In this document: one piece after another, positions 48,027 to 58,687 of the stretch
How the letters are laid out: every line of letters begins with the position of its first letter
How positions within the stretch are numbered: the first letter of the stretch is position 1
DNA from: Vulcanimicrobiota bacterium
GTDB lineage: Bacteria; Vulcanimicrobiota; Vulcanimicrobiia; Vulcanimicrobiales; Vulcanimicrobiaceae
Length of the DNA: 64,000 nucleotides
Assembly: GCA_963777315.1 (NCBI GenBank)
Contig: CAVZQC010000003.1
Span: 1-64,000, forward strand
Direction of reading: 5' to 3'
Notes under the pieces: model-generated
Told to the model about the DNA's origin: nothing
Database searches by the model: none
Seen by the model: the letters and a program-made list of their open reading frames with translations, nothing else
Translations under genes and position numbers: made by a program

Positions 48027-49229
48027 TCAAGGCTTTCCGCGCTTCTTCGTGTGCCACCAAGTCCAGGATGGCCTTCGGCGCGTTTTGCGCAAAGCGGGCT
48101 GGGCCGCCGAAGGGGCGACCGGAGCAGGGCGAAAGTTCATGATGACGACGCGAAGTATACCGGCCACCGGCACCGCGAGCAGAAGGCCCGGAATACCGGC
48201 CAGCTCACCGCCTGCGAGCAAGGCGAGCACGACCGCAAGCGGCGTCAACTCGACGCTCTTGCTGACGACGTTGGGAGCGATAATGTGGCCTTCGAGCTGA
48301 TTTATCACAACGATTCCCAACGTGACGAACAGCGCATTTTCTACGCCGTTTGTGAATAGAGCGATGAAGAAGGCCGGGAGCCAACCGGCAATCGCGCCGA
48401 TGTAGGGAATGACGTCAAGAACGCCGGCAACGGCGCCGATAAGTGCCGCATATTGCACGTGCAATCCCAGCAGCAGGAGCGTCACGAGCGTACCAACGAT
48501 CGCGGCGACGATGAGCTGCCCGCGGATAAAACCGCCGACGACGTGATCGAGATCGGCAATGATTTTCAGCGCCTTCGGCTGCGCGTTCTTGGGGACGAAC
48601 CCCAGGAGGGTTCGCTTGAGCCCTTCAGATTCGATCATCAGATATGCCGCCACCACCGGAATGATGACAAACAGCGCCCCTACGGTCACGATGGAGACGA
48701 GGACGGGCAATACGGTACTGGCCACGCCGGCGCCGTATTTCGAAATGTTCAGCTCGAGCTGCGCGGGGAAATCCTTGAGGTAATCACGCAGCCCCGACGG
48801 TAGATGCTTGGTAAATGGATTGTTTGGATCGACTAGCGCGGATTGCGCATGGTTCACCAGCCTGGGAGCATCGTGAACGAGCTGCTGCGCGTCGGCACCA
48901 AGGATCGGCGCGGCGATATAAATCCCGAACGCAATGAGCAGCGCGATCCCCAGATACACGATGGCGATGGAGACACCGAGCGGGAGCCTGCGATTCAGCC
49001 GGGTTATGAGCGGAAAGACGAGATATGCAAAAAGTACCGCGCCGATGACGACGATTGTAAAGGTGCGAACCCGCACCAAAAACTCCAGCGCCTTATAGAG
49101 AATGAAACCTGCGAGTATGGCGAGCCAGCAGATGCGCACCGCGTACAGCACGCGATCGCTGCGCTGGACGAGCCGTAGCCGCGCGGTTTCTTCCTGTTCT
49201 TGACGGCCGGGAACCGTTCCGTCCTCCAT
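48027..49229 (-). CDS. AI-2E family transporter
   Basis: GGFIRGQ, IPYIG, QLEGHIIAP, GLLLAVP. Confidence 0.9.
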   Translation of the reverse strand: MEDGTVPGRQEQEETARLRLVQRSDRVLYAVRICWLAILAGFILYKALEFLVRVRTFTIVVIGAVLFAYLVFPLITRLNRRLPLGVSIAIVYLGIALLIAFGIYIAAPILGADAQQLVHDAPRLVNHAQSALVDPNNPFTKHLPSGLRDYLKDFPAQLELNISKYGAGVASTVLPVLVSIVTVGALFVIIPVVAAYLMIESEGLKRTLLGFVPKNAQPKALKIIADLDHVVGGFIRGQLIVAAIVGTLVTLLLLGLHVQYAALIGAVAGVLDVIPYIGAIAGWLPAFFIALFTNGVENALFVTLGIVVINQLEGHIIAPNVVSKSVELTPLAVVLALLAGGELAGIPGLLLAVPVAGILRVVIMNFRPAPVAPSAAQPALRKTRRRPSWTWWHTKKRGKP

Positions 49230-49309
49230 TGCGCAGCCGCTCCACTCATGACGATCGCTGCTCCCACCGTTGGTGGCGCTCCTCGCAGTATTTCACTGCG
49301 TTCGCCGGC

Positions 49310-50818
49310 TCAAACGATTTTGACGCGAAATTTTGCAACCACTTTGCCGTTGACCGGCAGCGAGCCGCCGCTATAGGTAAAGGTAACCGTTCCGCCGGAC
49401 TGAGCGGGCGCGCACGAGAGCGGCCCGGGCGTGGTCACGCAGGTTGCGCTCGCCGCCACGTATGCCGTGTATTGCGGGATGGGGTCGCTGATGGAAAACG
49501 ACTGCAGCGCGAACGCGCGGTGATTGGTAAACGTCAGCGTGTATTCCAGTACGTCGCCGGGCAGTCCATTCACCGTATTTCCCGGCCCGAGGGACTCGGT
49601 GATGTTCGCGACCTGTTTGACGAGATTCGCCGCGGTAAACGTCGTCGTGACCGCGTTCGAAGAAAGTGTTTGCCCACCGTACTCCGAGGGGTCGAACGGA
49701 ACGCTTCCCTGCGCGGTATTGACGGCGCTGCCGCTCGAGGAGCTCGTCGAGCCGACCACGTGCAGCGTCGCCGTAGCGCCCGCGCTCAAGTTTGAAGCGG
49801 TTGCAACGACGGTTTGAGCGCTGGCAGCCGACGTTACGGCGCAAGTGCCGGCGCCGCCGGTCACCGCGCATGATGGCGGTGTGATAGACGAGATTGTGAT
49901 GCTCGCAGGGATCGGGTCGGTCAGCGAGGCGCTCGCGGCGGCGAAATATCCCGTGTTCTTGAGCGCGACGTCGTAGAAGAGTGAATCGCCCGGACCGGCA
50001 GCGCCGGTGCCCGCCTTCGCGATCGTGAATGTGGCCGGTACGGATGCGAGATCGTTGACCACGTCGCTTCCGGTCGCAATCGCGGTGTGGCTGCCGACAA
50101 GCGCGCCTGCGGTGGTGTATTCCCACAGCGTCCAAGGAGAACCGCTGCCGATTTGCTCGCAGGCGGCCAGGTCGCCGTTGGGCAAAAGCGCCGCGCCCGT
50201 AAGGCTTCCGCTGGGCCCACTGAGCGTTACGGGACCGGTGACTGCGCCGGTCGTTGCGTTGATCGTGTACAGACTGTGCGTCGCAACGACGTAAAGCGTT
50301 TCGTTGTTGGCTGCAGTCGGAGCGGCGACGATGTCGCCGTTGGTACCGATCGACGTGCTCAGCGTAAGCGTCTTTTGAACCGCGGCCGTGGATGGGTTTA
50401 CCCAGGCGACGGTGTTTGCGCTGGTCATCGTCACGAGGCATCCCGCAGCGCAATACTTCGTCGTAGGATCGAACGACATGCGCGCCTCCGTACCGGACAA
50501 ACCGGAGATCGATCCCACGATCGTTGCGGCACCATAGGCCGTTGCCGACGTCGGCGCGTTCGGATTGAAAGCCGCCTTGACCAGCTGCCCGGAAGCATTC
50601 GAAACGTACAGATTGCCGCTCAAGTCCTGCGCCAGATCCTGGGCGCTGGTTCCCGAAAAAATACTCCCGTACGATTGAACGACGGAGCCCGACGTGGTGT
50701 CGATGAGATAGACGCCGGCGCTGTCGCTGAGCACCATGATGGTTGCCGCGCGTCCGGCAGCCATCGCACCGATCCATCCCAGCACGGCCAGCGCCGCCGC
50801 AAGAAGATAGCGGCGCAT
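49310..50818 (-). CDS. Secreted protein: beta-propeller-like head + DUF11 domains (putative tip subunit)
   Basis: Signal peptide; IAK...PGDSLFY...TDPIP...VNTA complete domain; terminal LVK...PGDVLEY...SDPIP...FRVKIV incomplete domain. Confidence 0.8.
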   Translation of the reverse strand: MRRYLLAAALAVLGWIGAMAAGRAATIMVLSDSAGVYLIDTTSGSVVQSYGSIFSGTSAQDLAQDLSGNLYVSNASGQLVKAAFNPNAPTSATAYGAATIVGSISGLSGTEARMSFDPTTKYCAAGCLVTMTSANTVAWVNPSTAAVQKTLTLSTSIGTNGDIVAAPTAANNETLYVVATHSLYTINATTGAVTGPVTLSGPSGSLTGAALLPNGDLAACEQIGSGSPWTLWEYTTAGALVGSHTAIATGSDVVNDLASVPATFTIAKAGTGAAGPGDSLFYDVALKNTGYFAAASASLTDPIPASITISSITPPSCAVTGGAGTCAVTSAASAQTVVATASNLSAGATATLHVVGSTSSSSGSAVNTAQGSVPFDPSEYGGQTLSSNAVTTTFTAANLVKQVANITESLGPGNTVNGLPGDVLEYTLTFTNHRAFALQSFSISDPIPQYTAYVAASATCVTTPGPLSCAPAQSGGTVTFTYSGGSLPVNGKVVAKFRVKIV

Positions 50819-53800
50819 CTACCGGCTTGCCCCCCAGCCGAAGATGCGATCGATGAGGGTTGTGAACGTGAAATAGAATCCCTTGCGTTGCGGCTTTCCG
50901 CTCAACGTCGGATCGATGCTCCCGGAAAAATTGTATCCGGCTGCCAGACGCGCGTCGTTGCCGATTGTGTAACCCGCCTCGGCGGCCACGTCGGTCGTTT
51001 GCGCACCGGGAACGTTGGCCGCATTCAACATCCGCAGCTCAGCGCCCACGTCGAACCGCGTTCCGACGTTTTGACGGGCCCGTAGTCCGAAAAGTGAGGT
51101 GTGGGCGGCGTAATAGCCGTCTCCGTCGAGTTTCTCGGCCACTCTTCCAGCCAGTTCGAACGTATTCCATGGCCGGTACACTTCTTCGAAGGAAAGCACG
51201 TCGGTGCGCTCGGGCAGCAAGGACGAAGTTCCGGTGAGGCGCTCATAGCCGAGCAACGATACCAAGGTGTCGTTGTTCTGCGGACGATAGGCGAGCGAGA
51301 TGCGGTCGTCGGCGGCGTTCGTGCCGCTTCCGGAAACCTGATTGAGCGTTCCGAGCACCGCAATATTCGGTCCGACGTGGCCGGTAAGACCTCCGCTGAA
51401 CGTGGTTCCTCCCAGCGACCCGGTACGCGACTGATATGCCAGGGCCGCGCGAAAATCTTTGGAATCGGAATAGGCAACCGAGCCGCCGTAGACGGTAAAT
51501 CCTGCGGCGCCCGCGCCGGACGCGTTCGCCTGCTGCATCGTGAGGTTTCCACTGAGCCGTTTACCGATGCTGAATTTTTGCGTGACGCCGAGCGCGGAGT
51601 AGATGTCAGTAGCGTTTCCGGTATCCGTAATCAGATAATCGCTCTCAACGTTCATGGCCGGGCTCATCGCGCGTTCGAAGCCGATTTGCGTCGAACGCGT
51701 TCCAAGGTTCGTCAATCCGAGCGCGCCTGCAGATTGCGCGAACGCCGTTGCAGCAGAATCGCTGAGCAGTTGCCGCACGAACACTTTGCTGCGGTCGTCG
51801 AACGCATAACTCAATTCAGCGGAGGTTTGTGCCGGCTGCGTGGTCTGCGCGGTTGCTCCGGTCAGATCCTGATCGCGCTGAACGTTCAAGCCGACGCGCT
51901 TGCTCGGTTTCCAGTCGAAGCCGAGCTGAGCTTGCATTTGCGTGGAGCGTTGCAGCACATTCGGCTCAGGGGAGCTGCCCGTGAGCGGCGGCGATATGGT
52001 CAGTGGAACGTTTTGCTGCGCGTGCGCCTGGACGCCGAACAGCAGCGAAATCGTTTTGTTCACCGCTGTATTCCACAGCAGGCTCGCGTTGTTTTGCGCG
52101 TCTTCAACGCCCGCTCCATGATTGCGCTGGCCATCGGCTTCGAGCGTCAACGTCTGGCCGGGCGCTGCATGACGAGACCACGCAACGCGATAATTGGTAA
52201 AGCCCGGCGAGGATATCCCGCCGAACGGGTCGGCGAAACCGGCTGCGGTGTCTTGATACAGCGCGTCGATTTGATTGGGGCCAATGCGGTCGTTCAAGGT
52301 GAGATCGATCGCGTTGCCGCCGCCCCCGCTCGAAAGTTGACCCCCCGTAACGCCGGGCGCCGACCCCGAACTCGACGCGTGTGAAAGTATCCACTGGCCG
52401 CCCGGAAGCTTTCCGGTTAATGATTGCGAGACCAAGGAGAAGTTCGATGCTCCGGTGGCATCGTTGACGTAGGAAACGCGCAGTTTGGCTGCCGCTGAGC
52501 CGCCGATATCGACCCATGCGTTGCCTCCGGTTACTGCCGAATGCGTGGCGATTCCTTGATACTGATACTGCAGCTGCAGCACCTGAGGATTGAAATAGGG
52601 GTCGAACGGCAGCGGAACGTTGATGAAACGCAGCGTTCCGGTTGCATAATCTATCGTGTAATCGACGTTTCGAATCAACGGCGTTTGCGAGATGACGGCG
52701 CCGGTTCGCCGGTCTATCGACGCAAGGGTGATGTAATCGGATCCGACGACGATGTCGGGCTGCAGCGGCTGCGCAAGCGTCAAAAGGCCGCTCACGGGAA
52801 TGGTCGTCGAGACGTACGCCACTTGATTGCGCGCCGTGAACGCGTTCACATGAATGTGAGAATCCTTGTTCGCCAACTCGACTTTTGCACCCGAGAGCAA
52901 CTGTCGATACGCGCCAACCGCGTTGTCATCGCCGGCGGTTGCTTGAAATTGTCCCCACATGATACTGTCGCGTCCGCTGTCGAGGCGTGCGTACAACCGA
53001 TCGTTGGACTCAAAATCGGAAGATCGCGTCGAGGAATCTCCATAGGTTTGATACGGGCGTTCGTTCGGATCGTCCACGAAGGGACCATACGAAGAGAGCG
53101 GGGCAAGCGTGTTCTGCGACTCGTACGCAACGGTCAGCAGAGACTGTTTGCCGACGCGGCCGCTGGCAAACAGTGCAGCGCGTGCCCGGCGCGCGCTGCC
53201 GCCGTCGTCTACGCCATCGCCGTCGACCGCAATCGGCACGGCTCCGGCGCCTACGCTGACCAGTCCGTTGACCAGCGGTTTACGCAGATAGGGCGCGACG
53301 TACAGCGTTTGTGCAGACGTGAGTTCGCCCGCCGCGATTTGCAGCGTGATGTCGCCGGCCGTCAGCCCGGGAACGATGGGAATGCCGACATGCCCTCCGA
53401 GGCCGAGCTGCGCGGTGAAAACCGCGTTTTCGCTGCCGGGCGAGGCTGTGGGCGCCGGCGACGCGCCGGTGGTCGCCGACGGTAAGCCGGCGGATGCAAA
53501 GCGCGCATCGCCGCGCATGAGCGTGACCTTCACTGGGACTCCCGCCATCGCGGGATCCCCCCAGCGGTCCGTCGCGGAAACATCGAGCAATACGGCGCTT
53601 CGGCCGTCGGCCACGAGCGTGCCTTGCAACTGGGTGCGCAGCGTTGCGGGAGGCCCGCAACCGTAGATTAACGCCGTTGCCGAAGCTCCGCGCAACCCTG
53701 CTGCGCCTATCGGGGTGGCGACGAGCTCATTTGGGCCGGGCTTGAGGACGACGCCGAAATATTCGAACTGCGCCGTTCCCCCTTTGGCCGAAGCGGTACG

Positions 53801-54148
53801 GCGTCCGATGCGGGTAAGCGGCACGAGTTCGCCGTTCACGCGCAGCTCCACGCCGGCGCCGTACACCGTGTCGACGACGACTCGCGTTGCAACTGAAGGC
53901 GATACCGTTTTGTCGGACGGAAAAGCGAACGATGCCGTCAGCGGGCCGGTCGCGGTGTACGATTCATGCGCAAGATCCGCGTACTTGATCGAATTCGGCG
54001 ACTCGGACGGTGCCGGGCTCGGGCTGGAGATCGGCGCGGCAACGTCGTCGCCGGTGGCCCCCGATCGCGTCGCCGCCGCGCAGATCAACGAAATGGCAAT
54101 CATCATGGCGCCGATTCGGCGAAGCGCATGTGCGATGGCGATTGTCAT
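50819..54148 (-). CDS. Large exported protein with Ig-like N-region and probable outer-membrane beta-barrel
   Basis: Signal peptide; long run of amphipathic strands (FDVGAELRML, ARLAAGYNFSG, GFYFTFT); ATGA overlap with the upstream gene. Confidence 0.72.
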   Translation of the reverse strand: MTIAIAHALRRIGAMMIAISLICAAATRSGATGDDVAAPISSPSPAPSESPNSIKYADLAHESYTATGPLTASFAFPSDKTVSPSVATRVVVDTVYGAGVELRVNGELVPLTRIGRRTASAKGGTAQFEYFGVVLKPGPNELVATPIGAAGLRGASATALIYGCGPPATLRTQLQGTLVADGRSAVLLDVSATDRWGDPAMAGVPVKVTLMRGDARFASAGLPSATTGASPAPTASPGSENAVFTAQLGLGGHVGIPIVPGLTAGDITLQIAAGELTSAQTLYVAPYLRKPLVNGLVSVGAGAVPIAVDGDGVDDGGSARRARAALFASGRVGKQSLLTVAYESQNTLAPLSSYGPFVDDPNERPYQTYGDSSTRSSDFESNDRLYARLDSGRDSIMWGQFQATAGDDNAVGAYRQLLSGAKVELANKDSHIHVNAFTARNQVAYVSTTIPVSGLLTLAQPLQPDIVVGSDYITLASIDRRTGAVISQTPLIRNVDYTIDYATGTLRFINVPLPFDPYFNPQVLQLQYQYQGIATHSAVTGGNAWVDIGGSAAAKLRVSYVNDATGASNFSLVSQSLTGKLPGGQWILSHASSSGSAPGVTGGQLSSGGGGNAIDLTLNDRIGPNQIDALYQDTAAGFADPFGGISSPGFTNYRVAWSRHAAPGQTLTLEADGQRNHGAGVEDAQNNASLLWNTAVNKTISLLFGVQAHAQQNVPLTISPPLTGSSPEPNVLQRSTQMQAQLGFDWKPSKRVGLNVQRDQDLTGATAQTTQPAQTSAELSYAFDDRSKVFVRQLLSDSAATAFAQSAGALGLTNLGTRSTQIGFERAMSPAMNVESDYLITDTGNATDIYSALGVTQKFSIGKRLSGNLTMQQANASGAGAAGFTVYGGSVAYSDSKDFRAALAYQSRTGSLGGTTFSGGLTGHVGPNIAVLGTLNQVSGSGTNAADDRISLAYRPQNNDTLVSLLGYERLTGTSSLLPERTDVLSFEEVYRPWNTFELAGRVAEKLDGDGYYAAHTSLFGLRARQNVGTRFDVGAELRMLNAANVPGAQTTDVAAEAGYTIGNDARLAAGYNFSGSIDPTLSGKPQRKGFYFTFTTLIDRIFGWGASR

Positions 54149-56316
54149 CGTGTATCCTGCAGAGCGAAGTTGACGTCTTCCATGAGGCCGTCGTCGAAGA
54201 GTCCGTGCACCAAACGCTGCATCGACCACGTGCTGTTCATGCGCGCGTTCGAGAAGGGACGAACGGTCTGCGGAATCGTCGCCGGATCCACGCGTAGCAC
54301 GTGCATCCCGGGCCTCACGGCCGCGAACGAGTAGCGTCCGTTCTGATCCGTAAGGACGGAGCTCCCGTCCTCCAGAAAGATACGCACGCCCGCAATGCCC
54401 TCATCGCCTGTGCTGAACCGTCCGGTGCGATGCACGTCCAGAAACACGCGGCCCGTGATCACGCCGCGCTGCGAGAACGCTCCGGCGACCACGCGTACGT
54501 CGGCAGTTGCGCCGGCCGTCGCCGAAACGGCGGTTCCCGGAATCTTCGCTGAAGCGGTCACCGTGTTGACGAGCGTCGTTCCGGCCACCGCTGATGGAAA
54601 AACGAGGGCGGCGTAGACGATGTCGTGCGTCGTCGAGGGAGGTAACGCCGGAACGTTCCAGGTCAGAACGCGCCCGTTTACCGAAGGTTCCAGCGGCGTT
54701 GAGTCCATGCGCGCCGTGCCGGGTGCGTACGATTCGCCCGGCGGAAGCACGTCCGCTACTTGCGTTTCACCGAGTCCGGATTGCGATGGATTCCCGAATT
54801 GGATCGTGTAGATCAGCCGATCTCCGGGCTGCGCGACCGGCTTATCCACCGCTTTGCTCACCGAGATCGATCGCGCGGTGAACAGCGGGACGTTTCCGAA
54901 CAATCCGAACACGTTGGCAAGCGTTACGTTGGCGGAAGTCAGCACAAAACCACCTGCTTGCGCCAGCGGCTGACCGTCCAGCGACGAAGCCGTGACGTCG
55001 TACAGCATCTTGCCGGCATCGAGTTTTATAATCAGACCGATCTTGCGGTTCATGAATCCCGGAGCGGTAATCGTCAGGAAAAACTGCGATCCCCCGGGCG
55101 CAATCATGCTCGGCGCGACCGCGAAGGAATACGCGCCGTTCGCGCCGGTGGTGAACGGATTCTGCGTGTTCGCCGTATCGACGGGCGGCACGCCGCTCAT
55201 ATTCACCGGTTTACCGTTTGCATCCAATAGCGTGACGACTGCTGCGCCCACCGGGCGATCGGCATTTGAAGGATCGAAAACGAGGTTTGCAGTCCCGATC
55301 AGCACGCTCGCAGGCGTCGTATTGGTGGCGGATACGCCGTCGGCCGCCACTTGCGCAACGTTGGTGAAGGTCGCACCGGTCGTCGAATTGGCCAGAACCG
55401 AGGCAGTAAAGGAGACGTCGAACGTCGCCCCGGCCGCAACCGAAGGAATGCGGACCGACAGCGTCCGACCGGAAAGCGTCGCAGCCGAACCCGCCGGCGA
55501 CCCGTCGAGCAGCACCGACGAAAGATTCGCTTGCAATCCGGCCGGAACAACATCGGTGACCACCACGTTCGTCGCTGCCGCTTCGCCCGAGTTCTTCGCG
55601 CGAATGTCGAACGTGACGTCGGCGCCGGGGTTGGACTGTACGATCAGCTGCTGATCGACCGTTTTCGATATCTGCGTCGCAGGGCCGCCGATCCCGGTGA
55701 ATTGCGGACCTTGCGCTGCCAAGGCCCATTGCATGCCGGTGTCGCTTTGCAATCCGTTGGAGGTACCTGCGACCGTGGTTTGCGCCGTAATGGAAAGCGG
55801 AAACGCCGTTCTAAGCGCGATGCCGCCCGTTGAAACGACGATCTGCAACTCAATGGAGTCACCCGGCGGGACGCTGGGCGAAACCGTCGATCCAATCGTC
55901 GCGGGATACGATGCGCCGCCTGCGACGAACGCCGCGGAGAGCAGCTTACCGGGACCGGTGCTTGCGGTCTGGATCGTGTACGCGTCGGTGACGTTGCTGA
56001 CGTTCGTGATTGTGAACGCGCGCGTCACGTTCGATCCGGCGGCGTAGGCGTCGGTCGCCGGATCGACTTTCGATTCCTTCGGCGTGACGGTGAGCGCTCC
56101 GACCGGCGCGTACGTTGTAATCACCGGGTTCGAATCGGCAACATAACTCTGCCCCGAACCGTCTTCATATGTGGCGGTCGCGGTGTTCTGCACTTTGGAG
56201 CCTGCCGGAGTCGCGGTAATCATCGGCCTGAAAGGCGCCGCCTGCAGCAGTCCCGGTGCGAGCGCAGCCAGCGCGAACACGGGGAGAATCTGCCGAACAA
56301 CGCGTGCGATGTTCAC
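54145..56316 (-). CDS. Secreted DUF11 repeat protein with C-terminal SdrD B-like domain (putative base subunit)
   Basis: Signal peptide, [17 protein letters not shown], two complete DUF11 domains, ITGRVFLD...[14 protein letters not shown]...TDQNGRYSF. Confidence 0.82.
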   Translation of the reverse strand: MNIARVVRQILPVFALAALAPGLLQAAPFRPMITATPAGSKVQNTATATYEDGSGQSYVADSNPVITTYAPVGALTVTPKESKVDPATDAYAAGSNVTRAFTITNVSNVTDAYTIQTASTGPGKLLSAAFVAGGASYPATIGSTVSPSVPPGDSIELQIVVSTGGIALRTAFPLSITAQTTVAGTSNGLQSDTGMQWALAAQGPQFTGIGGPATQISKTVDQQLIVQSNPGADVTFDIRAKNSGEAAATNVVVTDVVPAGLQANLSSVLLDGSPAGSAATLSGRTLSVRIPSVAAGATFDVSFTASVLANSTTGATFTNVAQVAADGVSATNTTPASVLIGTANLVFDPSNADRPVGAAVVTLLDANGKPVNMSGVPPVDTANTQNPFTTGANGAYSFAVAPSMIAPGGSQFFLTITAPGFMNRKIGLIIKLDAGKMLYDVTASSLDGQPLAQAGGFVLTSANVTLANVFGLFGNVPLFTARSISVSKAVDKPVAQPGDRLIYTIQFGNPSQSGLGETQVADVLPPGESYAPGTARMDSTPLEPSVNGRVLTWNVPALPPSTTHDIVYAALVFPSAVAGTTLVNTVTASAKIPGTAVSATAGATADVRVVAGAFSQRGVITGRVFLDVHRTGRFSTGDEGIAGVRIFLEDGSSVLTDQNGRYSFAAVRPGMHVLRVDPATIPQTVRPFSNARMNSTWSMQRLVHGLFDDGLMEDVNFALQDTR

Positions 56317-56340
56317 GCCGGATGCGCTAAACGCTTCCCG

Positions 56341-58674
56341 TTATTTCGCGATCACCGCGAAGTACAGGATGCCGCCGACCTGTGGCGTCAGCACGAACGT
56401 ACCGCCGCCGACTTGATCCATGAACGCGTTGGATGCGACCGCGTTGCCGTTGTCGTTGGGCGTGCTGGATCCGCCGACGACCGCGTACGTCGAGCCCGTG
56501 GTGTTGTCGCCGCAGGTTCCCGCAACGTTGCCGCACTGATTGGTTACCGCAGCACCCGAGGTGAGCGCTTCCTTCAATCCACCCGAATACGTGGCCCAGG
56601 TATTCGTGCCGGCGCCGCCGTCTTCGGTGATTTTTAGCGTTCCCGCGACCATCGCGAGGGCAACGTTTCCTGCTCCACTGACCGTGCTTACCGGAAGCGT
56701 ATTGAGATAGGCGACTTTGTATTGGATTACGCCGGCCGGACAAACGCCGTTCGCCGGAACGGAAGCACCCGCGGGACACCCGGTTGAGAGCACGGTTGCG
56801 GTTTTTTGCAGCGAGATGAAGCCGCCCGGCATGAGCACGTGATAGGTCGAGTTACTGTACGATCCGGATGCTTGTGAGGTCGCGAGCACCTGAACGTATA
56901 TTGGATTGAAGTCCGTCGGCGCGTTTGCTCCGCTTGCGCTGCTGTATTTCACGCAGTACGGCGCGGTCGCGCTCGCCGAAACGGAGATCTGATAGTTGCC
57001 TGAGCCGTCTTTGGTAGCCAGATTCGTGCAGTTATAGTCCGTGTACACGCCGGTCACCGTGACGGCCGCCGGCAGGCTCGGAAACGTAAAGGAGTACGTG
57101 TCGTTGCCGCTCGACGTATTCTGAAGATCGCCTGGAACGTTGAGCACCGTGCCGCCGGGGAGCTGGGCGCCGAACGTGCCGTTGGATCCCAGACTCGCTT
57201 GCGTGAAATCGGTGTTGGTAGTGTTGCTGCCGCAGGTCGCGGTGTTGTAGCAGCCGGAAGCGCCGGCGGCGCCTTTCGGGCCGTTGAGCACACCGGGAAC
57301 GTTGCTGGTCGTAGTATTCGACAGGCCGTTGGCCGCAGGATTTCCGCTCGCGGCATTATACGCGGTCGATGGATCGGCGGTACCGTTATTGGGAACCGTT
57401 CCCGGCGCGATGCCCGGACCTTCTACAAAGCCCGCGTTGTCCGCGTATGCCGTGACCGCGACGTTCTTGATCGCATTTCCGGGCGGCAAGTTGGTGAGCG
57501 TGAGCGTAAACTCCAGTTCCGCTTGCGCGTTGCTGACGTTGCCTGCACTCGACCCCGACGACCCGACCGGAATCGCCCCGGTACCGGTGATGTAAACACC
57601 CACAAAGTACGCGGTGCCGGCGGATGGAGCGGTGGTCGTCCAGCCGGATTTTCCCGTGTTGTCCGTGGTGTAGACGATCGTTGCGGTGTCGCCCGCGATG
57701 CTGATGTTCTTGGTGATGCTGGCGCTCGAAACGGTAAGCGGCACGCCGCCGTTTTGCGGAATCTTGTCGGTGACCAGGATGCCGTTGTTGGTTGCGCTGA
57801 GCGCCGAGCCGGTAATCGTCGTACCGCTTTGGCGAATCGACTGCAGCAACTGCGCGGGCGCAGCGCCGCCGTTGTTCACGTCGATCGTGTAGGTGAGGGT
57901 ATTGCCCGAAACGACGCCGGCGGTTTTCTGCAAATCCAAGCGTGCGTCGGCGACGACCGTATCGCCGTACGTGTTCGATACCGCATTGGACGTCGAAGCG
58001 CCGTAATTCGAACCGGTCCCCGGATAAGTGATCGTCGCACCGGCAACCGTAGTGCCCACGGTGCCGGATCCCGCCGTTGTGACTTTATATTGAATCGCCA
58101 CGTTGATGAACGCGCCTGCTGGCAGGCCGTAGACGTTCGTGTTTGCGGCCGTCGAAAGATACGTATTGGCTGCGGCGACCGTCGCGAACGTATGCGGCAC
58201 GCCGTCCGTACCGGTGACGATGACGTTTTGGAACGTACCGGGTCCGCTGACCGTCGACGTGCCGGCGCCGAGCTGAAAGTAGCCGCTGGAATTTCCGGTG
58301 TTCGTCAGCGTGTAAATGTCGTTGATGACGTTGCCGTACACAATGGGACCGGCCGGCACGTTTTGATTTTGCGTGGTCGAACCCGGCGCAGTTCCGTTGT
58401 TCGTCGTGATCACCAGCGAAGGCGCGTTCTGGACGAACGTCTGGACTTGATTGGACGTCGAGCTGTAGGTGTTCGTGCCGTCGCTGTATGATGCGCTGGC
58501 GGTGTTGTTGATCGCGGTACCCGGCGCGGTGGAGGATGTCGGCGTTGGCATCGGCGTGTAGATTGGCGGCGGCGTGGCGGCAATGGCGGGTGAAACGCCG
58601 ATTCTCACCGCCGCAAGAGCCAGCCCACAGGCCAGAACGAAAAGCAGGGCCAGCAGGCCGCGCGAAGTCTTCAC
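56341..58674 (-). CDS. Secreted Thr/Gly/Asn-rich DUF11 protein (putative major subunit)
   Basis: GTG after GAGGA, signal peptide, TAPGTAINNTASASYSD N-motif, LQKTA repeats, ends GILYFAVIAK. Confidence 0.82.
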   Translation of the reverse strand: MKTSRGLLALLFVLACGLALAAVRIGVSPAIAATPPPIYTPMPTPTSSTAPGTAINNTASASYSDGTNTYSSTSNQVQTFVQNAPSLVITTNNGTAPGSTTQNQNVPAGPIVYGNVINDIYTLTNTGNSSGYFQLGAGTSTVSGPGTFQNVIVTGTDGVPHTFATVAAANTYLSTAANTNVYGLPAGAFINVAIQYKVTTAGSGTVGTTVAGATITYPGTGSNYGASTSNAVSNTYGDTVVADARLDLQKTAGVVSGNTLTYTIDVNNGGAAPAQLLQSIRQSGTTITGSALSATNNGILVTDKIPQNGGVPLTVSSASITKNISIAGDTATIVYTTDNTGKSGWTTTAPSAGTAYFVGVYITGTGAIPVGSSGSSAGNVSNAQAELEFTLTLTNLPPGNAIKNVAVTAYADNAGFVEGPGIAPGTVPNNGTADPSTAYNAASGNPAANGLSNTTTSNVPGVLNGPKGAAGASGCYNTATCGSNTTNTDFTQASLGSNGTFGAQLPGGTVLNVPGDLQNTSSGNDTYSFTFPSLPAAVTVTGVYTDYNCTNLATKDGSGNYQISVSASATAPYCVKYSSASGANAPTDFNPIYVQVLATSQASGSYSNSTYHVLMPGGFISLQKTATVLSTGCPAGASVPANGVCPAGVIQYKVAYLNTLPVSTVSGAGNVALAMVAGTLKITEDGGAGTNTWATYSGGLKEALTSGAAVTNQCGNVAGTCGDNTTGSTYAVVGGSSTPNDNGNAVASNAFMDQVGGGTFVLTPQVGGILYFAVIAK

Positions 58675-58687
58675 TGATGTTCCTCGA

